Translations under genes and position numbers: made by a program | The notes under the pieces: model-generated | The model's database searches: none | The model's input: only the letters and a program-made list of their open reading frames with translations | What the model was told of the DNA's origin: nothing | Source of the DNA: an uncultured Muribaculaceae bacterium | Lineage (GTDB): Bacteria > Bacteroidota > Bacteroidia > Bacteroidales > Muribaculaceae | Direction: 5' to 3' | Length of the DNA: 64,000 bases | Assembly (NCBI GenBank): GCA_905233915.1 | Contig: CAJOFM010000006.1 | Location: 16,873 to 80,872 of the forward strand | In this document: piece by piece, positions 48,037 through 57,759 of the stretch | Position numbering within the stretch: position 1 is the first letter of the stretch | Layout: every line of letters begins with the position of its first letter

Positions 48037-49461
48037 ATGGCAAGTTTTTTAGCTCCCCCGGCCTATAAGCCGGAACAGACCGGCCCTGAGGCCGATGCCA
48101 AGTACAAGAGACTGCGTTGGCAAGTCTTTATCGGCATCTTCATCGGCTATGCCGGCTTCTACCTGGTAAGAAAGAATTTCTCCATGGCGATTCCCATGCT
48201 CGAGCCCTTCGGATTCACCAAGGGTATGCTGGGTACCGCCCTGGCGATGAATGCCGTGGCCTATGGCTTCTCCAAGTTTGTCATGGCCAGCATCAGCGAC
48301 CGTAGCAATGCGCGCCGCTTCCTGCCGCTGGGCTTGATCCTGTCGGCCATCGCCATGTTGTTCATGATGGTTCCCATCACCATGCTCGACCCCATCGGTC
48401 ACCCCGAGCGCAAGGGCCTCGCCGTCTTCCTGATGGGTGCCTTCAACTTCCTCGTAGGTTGGTTCCAGGGTATGGGCTGGCCTCCGTGCGGACGTGTCAT
48501 GACCCGCTGGTTCTCCATTAAGGAACGCGGCACCTGGATGAGCGTGTGGAACTGCGCCCACAACGTGGGTGGCGCCCTCGTCGGCCCGATGGCTGCCTAT
48601 GGTGCCATGTGGTTCGGCTCCTGGTTCTACGGCAACGATGAGAAGATGTACTTCCTCATCGGCACCTATGCCTTCCCCGCCGCTGTGGCCATCCTGATCG
48701 CCATCATCGCCTATGTGCTCATCCGTGACACCCCCCAATCGTGCGGTCTTCCCTCGATCGAGAAGTGGAGCGGCAGTGCCTCCAAGAACTACGACGAGAA
48801 GAAAAGCGAGCAGTCGCTCAGCATCGGTCAGATTTTCAAGACCGTGCTCTCCAACAAGTTCCTGTGGTACATCGCGCTTGCCAACTCCTTTATCTATATG
48901 GTGCGCTACGGCTGTCTGGACTGGGCTCCCACCATCCTGAGCGAACAGGGCGTGGACATCAAGAATGCCGGTTGGGCTTACTTCGCCTATGAAATTGCCG
49001 CTATCCCCGGCACTATCTTCTGCGGTTGGTTGAGCGACAAGGTCTTCAACGGCCGCCGTGCGTTGCCCACGATGATCTTCATGGCGCTGATTATCGTCGC
49101 CATCGTCATCTACTGGCAGAACATGACCAACCTGAGCGTTGTCATCGCTTGCCTCATCGCCATCGGTTTCCTGATTTACGGTCCCGTGATGCTCATCGGT
49201 GTGCAGGCGCTTGACCTGGCTCCCAAGAATGCTGCGGGCACCGCTGCCGGCCTCACTGGCTTCATGGGCTACGTGCTCGGTACCGCTATCCTCGCCAACA
49301 GCGTGCTCGGTTATGTTGCCGAGAGCACCGGTGGCTGGGACATGCCCTTCATCCTGCTCATCATCGGCTGTGTGATGGCCATCTTCTTCATGGCATTGAC
49401 CTACAAGGAGGAGCAGTACCTCGTTGCCGACCGCAAGGGCGAACACATCGAGAAGAAATAA
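48037..49461 (+). CDS. glpT: Glycerol-3-phosphate transporter (MFS, OPA family)
   Basis: YLVRKNF, SDRSNAR, GWFQGMGWPPCGR, WNCAHNVG, RDTPQSCGLP, GPVMLIG, AAGTAAG.TG. Confidence 0.95.
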   Translation: MASFLAPPAYKPEQTGPEADAKYKRLRWQVFIGIFIGYAGFYLVRKNFSMAIPMLEPFGFTKGMLGTALAMNAVAYGFSKFVMASISDRSNARRFLPLGLILSAIAMLFMMVPITMLDPIGHPERKGLAVFLMGAFNFLVGWFQGMGWPPCGRVMTRWFSIKERGTWMSVWNCAHNVGGALVGPMAAYGAMWFGSWFYGNDEKMYFLIGTYAFPAAVAILIAIIAYVLIRDTPQSCGLPSIEKWSGSASKNYDEKKSEQSLSIGQIFKTVLSNKFLWYIALANSFIYMVRYGCLDWAPTILSEQGVDIKNAGWAYFAYEIAAIPGTIFCGWLSDKVFNGRRALPTMIFMALIIVAIVIYWQNMTNLSVVIACLIAIGFLIYGPVMLIGVQALDLAPKNAAGTAAGLTGFMGYVLGTAILANSVLGYVAESTGGWDMPFILLIIGCVMAIFFMALTYKEEQYLVADRKGEHIEKK

Positions 49462-49504
49462 TCAACAATTATCACAATAATTATTCATTAAAAATCAATT
49501 ACTT

Positions 49505-51187
49505 ATGTTTAAAAATCTCGTTAGAGTAGGCTTGTTGAGCACCGTTATGCTTGCAGCCTTCACCTCATGTGAGGACGAACAGCAGTTCACCAATGAGAAT
49601 ACCGATGCCCGCAGGATCGAGGTTTCTGTCCTGCCCGACAACCTGGCAAAGGTACGTGACTATGTGCCCTTGTATGCCGTGGCAGCCCACCGTGGCTCCA
49701 TCTTCTGGACTCCCGAGGAGACCGAGGCATCGTGGCGCTGGGCCCGTGAAATGGGTGCTGACTATCTGGAGAGCGACATGCAGGCCACCAAGGACGGTAT
49801 CGTGCTCGCCAACCACGATGAGAACCTGAAGCGCACCACCAACATCCAGTACGTCTTCAGTGACTACGTTCCCACCACCCGCAAGGACTTCTACCGCAGC
49901 TTCCGCAACGCCGACGGCAGTCAGCACTTTACCGAGGCCGACATCGAGGCTCAGTACCAGCGTGACGTGAACGACTTCCGCACGTTCTACACCATGTCCT
50001 ACTACTATGCCGAGCTGCTCATGCTCGACGCCGGCAGCTGGTTCAACAACAGCAGTCTGGAGGAGGCACGTCCCGGTTTCGCTGCCAGCCACAACGGTTA
50101 CTACCGCGACGGCAAGATCGTCTATAGCGACGGCCAGTATGTTTCGGCCATCCAGGACCAGATTGCTTTTGCCGAGGGCAAGAAGCTGCGCCGCAACGCC
50201 GATGGCGAGCGCATCCTCACCTACAAGATCAAGGACAAATATGCCAACATGACCCTTGAGCAGATCTACAACAGCGAGCACAAGACCGTCAAGTGCGACG
50301 ATCCCAACGTGAGCTACAGCTATGCTGCCAAGTACATGGACTTCGTGGAGTATGACTTCGCCAACGCCTACGTGGACGACGAGCAGGACACCGGCAACCG
50401 CCCTGGTATCTACATCGAGTTCAAGGAGAGCTGGCTGAATCCCAAGGACATGGAGGTGCGCGTTTACAACGTGCTCGCCGAGCAGGGCTGGAACATCATC
50501 ACCAAGCCCGAGAGCGAGAAGCGCTTCTACATCAATGGCAAGGTCAACGTGGGTAACACCAACGGTAAGGTCATCCTGCAAACCTTCTCGTTCGACGCTC
50601 TGCACCGTGCTTATGACGTCTTCAAGGGCCAGATGCCCATGTGCTTCCTGCTCTGGATCAGCGAGCCCCCCTATGCTACCGACATCGCTTTCGACACCCC
50701 CACCGGCTATGCCGACTTCATCCGCTACGGACAGGAGTACGGTGCCCACATCATGGGTCCGGCTATCAGCGGTGCTCCCAACAACTATCCCGAGATGAAC
50801 CAGCCCTGGCAGGCCTACATGATCCGCAAGAGCCAGATGCTGAACCATCCCTACTCGTTCGACAGCTATGCCCAGATGGCAAAGTACATGGGCTACTATG
50901 TTGACTACTATGGCCAGGGCAACACCACCATGTTCGACGACCTGCTGCGTCTCACCATCCCGGCTACGCCCTACACCAATTTCACCGGCTCGAACAGCGT
51001 TCCCGTTTATCTGGACGGTTACTTCACCAACCGCAGTGAGATCTCGCTGCAGTACATGATCGAGAACGGTTTCCGCTGCAACGGCGCCCTGCCCGATCCC
51101 TTCCACCCCGGTCAGACCTACGACAACTCGCAGGCTCCCAGCAAGGTGCCCGATCCCAAGGCTCTGCTTACCCGTCTGGGTTACTAA
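49505..51187 (+). CDS. Glycerophosphodiester phosphodiesterase lipoprotein (GDPD/GlpQ-like) with large insertions
   Basis: Lipobox FTSC; AAHRG, DYLESD, LANHD, IYIEFK, VILQTF, GYFTN. Confidence 0.88.
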   Translation: MFKNLVRVGLLSTVMLAAFTSCEDEQQFTNENTDARRIEVSVLPDNLAKVRDYVPLYAVAAHRGSIFWTPEETEASWRWAREMGADYLESDMQATKDGIVLANHDENLKRTTNIQYVFSDYVPTTRKDFYRSFRNADGSQHFTEADIEAQYQRDVNDFRTFYTMSYYYAELLMLDAGSWFNNSSLEEARPGFAASHNGYYRDGKIVYSDGQYVSAIQDQIAFAEGKKLRRNADGERILTYKIKDKYANMTLEQIYNSEHKTVKCDDPNVSYSYAAKYMDFVEYDFANAYVDDEQDTGNRPGIYIEFKESWLNPKDMEVRVYNVLAEQGWNIITKPESEKRFYINGKVNVGNTNGKVILQTFSFDALHRAYDVFKGQMPMCFLLWISEPPYATDIAFDTPTGYADFIRYGQEYGAHIMGPAISGAPNNYPEMNQPWQAYMIRKSQMLNHPYSFDSYAQMAKYMGYYVDYYGQGNTTMFDDLLRLTIPATPYTNFTGSNSVPVYLDGYFTNRSEISLQYMIENGFRCNGALPDPFHPGQTYDNSQAPSKVPDPKALLTRLGY

Positions 51188-51239
51188 TCAGCCACTGGTG
51201 TAATGAAACATTATCAACATTAAATCGACTCAATTCAAT

Positions 51240-52580
51240 ATGAAAAAATATATTTTGATGCCTCTTTTGGCAGTCTTTGCGCTGACAGCCGCTGCTCAGG
51301 ACTTCGACACCGACCCCACCCTGGAGCTCGAGAACGCTGAGAAGGAAGTGAAGTTCACCGTGGGCGCACGCATGATGGCCGACGCTGCTTACTATAACAG
51401 CGACTTCACCCCGCTGCAGAGCGGTGCCTCGATCACCGATGCCCGCATCCGCACCTCGATGACCTACAAGGACTGGTACTTCTATGCCGACTTCGGTTTC
51501 GGTGGCGGCAAGTTCGCTCAGAAGAACATCTTCCTGCAGTACAGCCACCTGGACAATAACGACAACACCCATGCCATCAAGTTGGGTTACTACAACGACC
51601 CCGCTGGCTCCATGGCCCGCAACACCTCGCTGGGTAGCTACCACTTCATCAGCCGTCCCGGTTCGACCAATGCACTGGGCGAAGGCCGCGAGCTGGGTGT
51701 CAGCTACAAGTTCAACAGTAACCGTTTCATGGCCTATCAGGGTGTATTCACCGAGAACGCCTACAACAAGATTGAGGCTGGTTTCAACGGCATGACCGTA
51801 GCAGGCCGCTACCTGTTCCGTCCCATCGTTGACGAGACCCAGACCCTGCACATCGGTGCCAACGTACGCTTTGCCCACATGGGTGGCGGCGTCGTTACCA
51901 ACAACGTCCTGAAGAAGACCCTGCACCTGGGTCAGGCACTTGAGACCTACGTTGACGAGGACGACCAGTTCGTTAGCTGCGAACTGCCCTGGATCAACAA
52001 CGTGTTTGATGCCGGTGCCGAGTTGCTCTACCACAACGACCGTTTCTTTGTGCGCGGTGAGTATCTCTACAAGCACACCACCAAGAAGCGCGACAGCAAC
52101 ACCCTGTGGGAGGCCAGCAACAACAACATCGACACCTGGGGTTCCTATGACTGGTGGTTGGCTGCCAACCCCCTGCGCAACGACAACTTCCATGGTTGTT
52201 ATGTGGAGGCCGGTTTCATGATCTTTGGCAACCCCTACCACTACAACATGCAGGAAGGCATCCTGGGCGGTCTTGACGGCAAGGCTCTGGAGATTGTAGC
52301 CCGCTACAACTACACCAGCCTCAACGACGTCAACAAGGGCGAATACTACGCAATAGGCCGTGACCAGTACTATCCCAACGGCTACATGGAAGACTGGCCC
52401 TACGCTTCATCGAGCGTGGGTGGCGGTAAGGCCAACAGCTATACCATCGGTTTGAACTACAGCTTCAACCGCTACGTCCTCTGCATGGTTGACTACACCT
52501 ACCACCGCCTGCAGAAGGACTTCCTCCCCTACGACCGCAACATGCACGTGGCTCAGGCCCGCGTACAGTTCACCTTCTAA
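51240..52580 (+). CDS. OprO/OprP-like phosphate-selective porin
   Basis: Signal peptide, GARMMADA, DARIR, FYADFGF, GRELG, LEIVARYNY, terminal RVQFTF. Confidence 0.8.
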   Translation: MKKYILMPLLAVFALTAAAQDFDTDPTLELENAEKEVKFTVGARMMADAAYYNSDFTPLQSGASITDARIRTSMTYKDWYFYADFGFGGGKFAQKNIFLQYSHLDNNDNTHAIKLGYYNDPAGSMARNTSLGSYHFISRPGSTNALGEGRELGVSYKFNSNRFMAYQGVFTENAYNKIEAGFNGMTVAGRYLFRPIVDETQTLHIGANVRFAHMGGGVVTNNVLKKTLHLGQALETYVDEDDQFVSCELPWINNVFDAGAELLYHNDRFFVRGEYLYKHTTKKRDSNTLWEASNNNIDTWGSYDWWLAANPLRNDNFHGCYVEAGFMIFGNPYHYNMQEGILGGLDGKALEIVARYNYTSLNDVNKGEYYAIGRDQYYPNGYMEDWPYASSSVGGGKANSYTIGLNYSFNRYVLCMVDYTYHRLQKDFLPYDRNMHVAQARVQFTF

Positions 52581-52680
52581 TGGGGAAACCGCGATTCATG
52601 GAAAGAAATTGATCTAATGACATCTGATTACCAACATAGATAATACATTTAGTCTAAATTTTTCCTATCAATCACAATCG

Positions 52681-52720
52681 TCCCGCCTCACCCGCGATGG
52701 GTCAGGCGGGATTTCTTTTT
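52681..52720 (+). terminator. Terminator of the glp operon
   Basis: tcccgcct-cacccgcgatgggtc-aggcggga followed by tttcttttt. Confidence 0.8.
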
Positions 52721-52750
52721 GGGCAAGGCGATGCCTTGCAACACCTCGAC

Positions 52751-52795
52751 TCAACACAATAGGCACCGCCAATATGGCGATGCCTATTGTGTTGA
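52751..52795. terminator. Long hairpin after the convergent CTD-protein gene
   Basis: TCAACACAATAGGCA...TGCCTATTGTGTTGA, a 15-bp perfect stem. Confidence 0.65.
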
Positions 52796-52812
52796 TCGTT
52801 AAGTGATGCTGA

Positions 52813-54045
52813 TTACTTGATGACCTTAACGGCGCTGGTGGAGCCATCGCTATAGGTGGTCACTTGGATGGTCAGGCCACTGGGATGAGTCATCTCCTGT
52901 CCGGCGACGTTGAAATAGCGCACGCTGGACACGCTCTTGCCGGCGTTGACTTCGTCTACTGCCGAGGGCTTGGGATAAACATCCAGATAAACGATATTGG
53001 ACTTGTTAGAGATGCCGTCAACGGTGTAGTTCAACTGGATGCCGATGCGCCAGGTGAACATGGGATTCTCACCGTCATTGGTGCGATAGAAGTAAACGCG
53101 GCGCAGGTAGAAGTCCTCACCACTGAAGCCGTAGGGAATCTCAGTCATGTCGGTATCGAAGCCGTTGAGCGCGCCATAGGTTTCGGCATCAAATGTGAAC
53201 AGCTCATCATCGTCGGTAAAGATGCTGTAAGTCAGGTAATCGCTGTTCAACGGGTTGCCGTCAACGTCAACCAGGTTGATGTTGAAATCAAGTCGCGTGT
53301 AACCACTCTCATCGCCACAGTCAAAGAACTCAATCACCTCGGGATCGGCGGGAACGGCGGGTACAGCCTCGCCCATCCTGGTCCAGGTAGAACCCCACTC
53401 GATGGTGGCGATCGAACCGTCATCGCTCCAGATACCTGCAAGGCCAGTAGCGACACAGTCATAGGGGTAAGGATTGTTCATGTCACCCTCACTGCCCTGC
53501 AGCGTGATGGTGCCGTTCTCGGGATCGATGGCGTAAATCGCCTCGGTCTCGCGCTCATCGGCATAGAATTCAAACCAGTAAAAATCGTCACCCAAGTCAA
53601 TAACGTCGGTTGAGCCCCAAGCCAAAACAACGCCATAGCCATATAGCTCATTATAGGCAACATACTGGCCGAGAGGAACAGAAATCGACAGTCCGTCGGG
53701 ACTCAATTCGCCAACGACCCACGTGCCGGTACCCTCGGCATAGCACAGGATGTCCTGGATGTAAACGGTAGTGCCGTCATCGGCATAGACCACCTTGACG
53801 CGACCCGTTTGAGCGGCAGGCTCGTAGCCGTAGAAGCTTGAAAGCACATACTCGCCGCTGCGCAAGTAGTTCACCACGGTGCCCTCGGGCTGCTCGGTGA
53901 TGATGTCAACACGCGACGGGGCATTAATGGCTGTTCCGGGAGCAGCCTTGCCCATCGGACGATAGGCATTACCTGCCGACTTGATACCAGCCGACGCACT
54001 CACGGCAATCGCCGCACTCAACAAAAGTAAGGTTAATTTCTTCAT
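52813..54045 (-). CDS. Secreted protein with T9SS-like CTD (410 aa)
   Basis: Signal MKKLTLLLLSAAIAVSASA; IITEQPEG domain; CTD VSSVRYFNVAGQEMTHPSGLTIQVTTYSDG...KVIK. Confidence 0.82.
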   Translation of the reverse strand: MKKLTLLLLSAAIAVSASAGIKSAGNAYRPMGKAAPGTAINAPSRVDIITEQPEGTVVNYLRSGEYVLSSFYGYEPAAQTGRVKVVYADDGTTVYIQDILCYAEGTGTWVVGELSPDGLSISVPLGQYVAYNELYGYGVVLAWGSTDVIDLGDDFYWFEFYADERETEAIYAIDPENGTITLQGSEGDMNNPYPYDCVATGLAGIWSDDGSIATIEWGSTWTRMGEAVPAVPADPEVIEFFDCGDESGYTRLDFNINLVDVDGNPLNSDYLTYSIFTDDDELFTFDAETYGALNGFDTDMTEIPYGFSGEDFYLRRVYFYRTNDGENPMFTWRIGIQLNYTVDGISNKSNIVYLDVYPKPSAVDEVNAGKSVSSVRYFNVAGQEMTHPSGLTIQVTTYSDGSTSAVKVIK

Positions 54046-54207
54046 AATAGTTTAGGTTTTAAATGAATTGTTGGTTATCGTGTATTGTGACACATTTTCT
54101 GCTTTTCGCCGCAAATCTATAAAAAAATGCTAAGACTTACAACTAAAAGGCAACAACTGAAAACTATTTTCACTATATTTGCACTTTCAACCTTAATAAC
54201 GACCTTA

Positions 54208-55572
54208 ATGATGGAAACCTTGAACGCCTTTTTTACGACAATGAGTGACTACCTCTGGGGGTGGCCCATGATTATATTGCTGTTGGGAACACACATTTAC
54301 CTCACCATCAGGCTGGGTGTGCCACAGCGCAAACTACTGACAGGCATTAAGTTGTCGCTCAGCAAGGACAAAGGTTCGACCGGCGACGTGTCACAATTCG
54401 GCGCGCTGGCAACGGCCCTGGCTGCCACCATCGGCACGGGTAACATCGTCGGCGTGGCCACTGCTGTTGCCCTGGGCGGACCAGGTGCAGTGCTGTGGTG
54501 CTGGCTATCGGGCGTATTTGGCATCGCCACCAAGTATAGCGAGGGTTTGCTCGCGATTAAATATCGTGTCAAGGCCGAAGACGGACGCATGCTGGGAGGC
54601 CCCATGTATGCGTTGGAACGTGGCTTGGGCTGGAAATGGCTGGCGGTGTTGTTTGCCCTGTTCACAGCACTGGCATCGTTCGGAATCGGCAATACGGTGC
54701 AGGCCAACGCCATCTCGACCATCGCCAACGAGTCCTACGGCATCCCCGCCTGGATTACTGGAGCCGGTGTATGTCTGCTGTCGGCACTTGTGCTGCTGGG
54801 TGGCATCAAGAGTATCGCCCGCGTGTGTGGCGCGCTGGTACCTTTCATGGCATTCTTCTATGTCTTGGGCTGTATCTATATCCTGATAGCTAACGGGCAG
54901 TATGTGTGGCCAGCTATCAAACTCATCTGTGAATCGGCTTTCACCCCTCAGGCTGCAGGAGGTGGCTTTGTGGGTACCACGGTTATCATTGCGGCACGCA
55001 TGGGTATCGCCCGCGGTCTGTTCAGCAATGAATCGGGTCTTGGCTCTGCACCCATTGTGGCTGCAGCGGCTCAAACACGCAATCCAGTACGCCAAGCGCT
55101 TGTCTCCTCAACGGGCACCTTCTGGGACACGGTGGTCATTTGTGCCTTTACGGGCCTGGTGATCGTCAGCTCCATCATCGCTTACCCCGACATCAGCTGC
55201 ACCGACGGCGCCGCCCTGACCAAGGCCGCCTTCTCCAAGATACCCTACGTGGGCACGCCGCTGCTGACCTTCGGCCTGTTGACCTTCGCCTTTACAACCA
55301 TCCTGGGCTGGTGTTATTATGGTGAACGTGCCGTAGAGTACCTCAAGGGCAAGCGATGGATGCTCGCCTACCGCATCATGTTTGTCGCAATGGTGTTTGT
55401 GGGCAGTATTGTAAGTCTCGACATCGTGTGGAATGCTGCCGACTGCATGAACGCCCTCATGGCAATTCCCAACCTCGTCGCGTTGCTGCTGCTGAGCAAT
55501 GTGATAGCCCGCGAGACCCGCCACTACCTGTACGGGAACCGCTTGGACCATCACGCCCCCAAAGAGGACTAG
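54208..55572 (+). CDS. Alanine/glycine:cation symporter (AGCS family)
   Basis: ATIGTGNI.GVA, GGPGA, GGPMY, ARGLFSNESGLGS, FAFTTILGW.YYGE, MAIPNL; TATATTTG promoter at 54175. Confidence 0.95.
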   Translation: MMETLNAFFTTMSDYLWGWPMIILLLGTHIYLTIRLGVPQRKLLTGIKLSLSKDKGSTGDVSQFGALATALAATIGTGNIVGVATAVALGGPGAVLWCWLSGVFGIATKYSEGLLAIKYRVKAEDGRMLGGPMYALERGLGWKWLAVLFALFTALASFGIGNTVQANAISTIANESYGIPAWITGAGVCLLSALVLLGGIKSIARVCGALVPFMAFFYVLGCIYILIANGQYVWPAIKLICESAFTPQAAGGGFVGTTVIIAARMGIARGLFSNESGLGSAPIVAAAAQTRNPVRQALVSSTGTFWDTVVICAFTGLVIVSSIIAYPDISCTDGAALTKAAFSKIPYVGTPLLTFGLLTFAFTTILGWCYYGERAVEYLKGKRWMLAYRIMFVAMVFVGSIVSLDIVWNAADCMNALMAIPNLVALLLLSNVIARETRHYLYGNRLDHHAPKED

Positions 55573-55590
55573 TAATAAAAGAAACGTTTA

Positions 55591-56019
55591 TTAGAATTCT
55601 TCGGCCTGAACGTCAATGATTTCGGGCAGATTTAAATCTTCGGCTTCGTCCACATCGGGGCCGAACCACTCACGCATGCGCTGGCGTGCCTTGCGCTCAA
55701 TCTCGGGCGTGATGTGTTTCCTGATTGTGAACAGCGCCCATGCCAGGGCCGCCAAGTCATCGGTGAAGCCAAGTCCCAGAATGGCATCGGGGATGAAGTC
55801 CAGCGGCAAGATGAAATACCCCAGTGCACCCAAAATCTTGAGTTTCAACTTGGTAGACACCGAGGCGTCACGCGACACGTAGTAGAGCACAAGCACATAA
55901 TAGACCGCCTTGCGGCCAGCACGTTGTGCCACTTTCTTGAGCTTTGCCCACAACTTGCTGTCGTTGAAATACTTGGCAAACTCATCCAGATTGATGTTAC
56001 TCATGTTCATCGCTATCAT
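55591..56019 (-). CDS. YkvA/DUF1232 family protein
   Basis: GALGYFILPLDFIPD...LGFTDD. Confidence 0.9.
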   Translation of the reverse strand: MIAMNMSNINLDEFAKYFNDSKLWAKLKKVAQRAGRKAVYYVLVLYYVSRDASVSTKLKLKILGALGYFILPLDFIPDAILGLGFTDDLAALAWALFTIRKHITPEIERKARQRMREWFGPDVDEAEDLNLPEIIDVQAEEF

Positions 56020-56136
56020 TGTTTAAAAACCAAAACTGCATCAGCAAATCCCGTGCCAAAACCATAGTCTGATGCAAAAAGATACTGGAGCTTCCTTTAC
56101 GGCAGGCTGGTCGAAGACCTCGTGTGCCCTGGGGAT

Positions 56137-56178
56137 ACAAAAACAGACATCGCCGCGACCTGCCGTCGCAGCGATGTC
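56137..56178 (-). terminator. rpsO terminator
   Basis: GACATCGC-C-GCGAC...GTCGC-A-GCGATGTC followed by TGTTTTTGT on the minus strand. Confidence 0.8.
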
Positions 56179-56211
56179 AAAAATGAGTTTCGTTCTTGTC
56201 GAAGTGACTGA

Positions 56212-56487
56212 TTACTTGCGGATACCCAGCTCCTTCTTAGCGATGAGAGCGCGGTAACGGTTGATGTCCTTGCGCATCAGGTAATCGAGCAATTTGCGGC
56301 GCTTACCTACCAGCATCTTCAATGAACGTTGAGTCGTATGATCCTTCTTGTTGACCTTCAAGTGCTCGGTCAAGTGGGCAATACGGTATGAGAATAATGC
56401 AATCTGGGCCTCGGGAGAACCAGTATCAGTATTGCTTTTGCCGTAAGTGCCAAAGATCTCTTTCTTTTTCTCTGAATCTAAGTACAT
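56212..56487 (-). CDS. rpsO: 30S ribosomal protein S15
   Basis: DTGSPEAQIAL, HLTEHL, LVGKRRKLLDYL; TATCTTTG promoter at 56527-56534 (-). Confidence 0.97.
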   Translation of the reverse strand: MYLDSEKKKEIFGTYGKSNTDTGSPEAQIALFSYRIAHLTEHLKVNKKDHTTQRSLKMLVGKRRKLLDYLMRKDINRYRALIAKKELGIRK

Positions 56488-56604
56488 TACAATAAGTATT
56501 TAAAAAATTATTCGTAAAAAGCGGTGCAAAGATACAACCAATTTTTGAACTGGCAAGCCCTTTTCATAAAAATATTTTCAGGAAATCTCTAATCCCTATG
56601 ATTT

Positions 56605-57714
56605 TCAACCTCTTGTGGCAAACACTTGTGACAACACCTCTCCCGTTAACTCACCGAACATCGGGCCGTTGCACATCTGGTGGAAATCCACTTGCCCGAA
56701 GGTCATGTTCACCTCGATGACAACAGGTTCTCCATCGGCCCCGATGGCCAGATCCCATGACAACAGCTTGGAGGTGGTGCAGAACCTGCCTGCCAACGAC
56801 TTGACCAGTTCGCAACACTTGTCATAGCCCACAATTTCATAGCCCTTGAAAACAGTCCCCTGGGGATGTTGCGTCCAGGTGTTACCCTTGGTGTCATGGG
56901 CATGCGCCTTCAACGTGCCATCATTATTGATGCCGCAAAAGATGCCGCCGCTGCTGGCGTTATCCACACGGGCTCCGTCGCGTCCCATCCTGAGCACCGA
57001 CGACAGGAGATGAACCTTGTCTTGATAATAGAACGTCATGATCCTCACGGTGTTAACGCTCTTATCATGGATTTTGTTGAGGCACTCATGCTGACTGACA
57101 ACCTCTTGTATGATAAAATCATAGTGACCGTCCATTCTTGACTTCAACTCGTCAAGAGAGCCAGAAGTGGCGTCATAGAAGAAGATGCCCTTGCCCCCCT
57201 GGGAGTTGCGCGTGGGCTTATATATCACCTGGCCCGCCTCTTGGCACAATTTGATGGCCTGATCGATGGTGAGCGGATGATAATCCTTATCCATGAGCGC
57301 GCCATTGCACTTGCGCGCCACAGTGACCGGGCGCCTCACGTCGCCAAAGAAGAGGTCATACAGGTTCTTGTCATCCAGCTCATAACTGCGGCGGACATCA
57401 GTATAGAACATGTCTATATCTGTATAGAAGACACTGTCAGGGATGTAATACTTGAGGCTGCCCTTATCTTCACAGAAACGGTTATAAAATGCAAACCAGT
57501 TCAACTCGCTGGAGACATCAGCATAGGGCTTCCAGTAAGCGATGATGTCAGCCTTCTGGGCTTCGGTGAGCGGCAGTTGGTGCTCCTGTTTGGGCTGGAA
57601 ATACTTCTTGGCCTTACTGAGCCGGTCATTCTTCAGGTGCTTATTCCTGCTTACCGTGTAGATATCACTCAAGCGGCCTTTTATCCCGGTGATTATCGAT
57701 TTTATCATACTCAT
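56605..57714 (-). CDS. Sugar-transfer-associated ATP-grasp protein, paralogue 3
   Basis: KPTRNSQGGKGI, IIQEVVSQHE, SVNTVRI, VDNASSGG, SWDLAI...IEVN. Confidence 0.85.
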   Translation of the reverse strand: MSMIKSIITGIKGRLSDIYTVSRNKHLKNDRLSKAKKYFQPKQEHQLPLTEAQKADIIAYWKPYADVSSELNWFAFYNRFCEDKGSLKYYIPDSVFYTDIDMFYTDVRRSYELDDKNLYDLFFGDVRRPVTVARKCNGALMDKDYHPLTIDQAIKLCQEAGQVIYKPTRNSQGGKGIFFYDATSGSLDELKSRMDGHYDFIIQEVVSQHECLNKIHDKSVNTVRIMTFYYQDKVHLLSSVLRMGRDGARVDNASSGGIFCGINNDGTLKAHAHDTKGNTWTQHPQGTVFKGYEIVGYDKCCELVKSLAGRFCTTSKLLSWDLAIGADGEPVVIEVNMTFGQVDFHQMCNGPMFGELTGEVLSQVFATRG

Positions 57715-57759
57715 AATTCATTCTTAATAAACTGCATGCAACGGGCCTAACGCCTCATG

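Noticed and set aside
48049-51106. 465-aa and 513-aa minus-strand ORFs opposite glpT and the GDPD gene
   Set aside because: Shadow ORFs; the sense genes carry clear family motifs.
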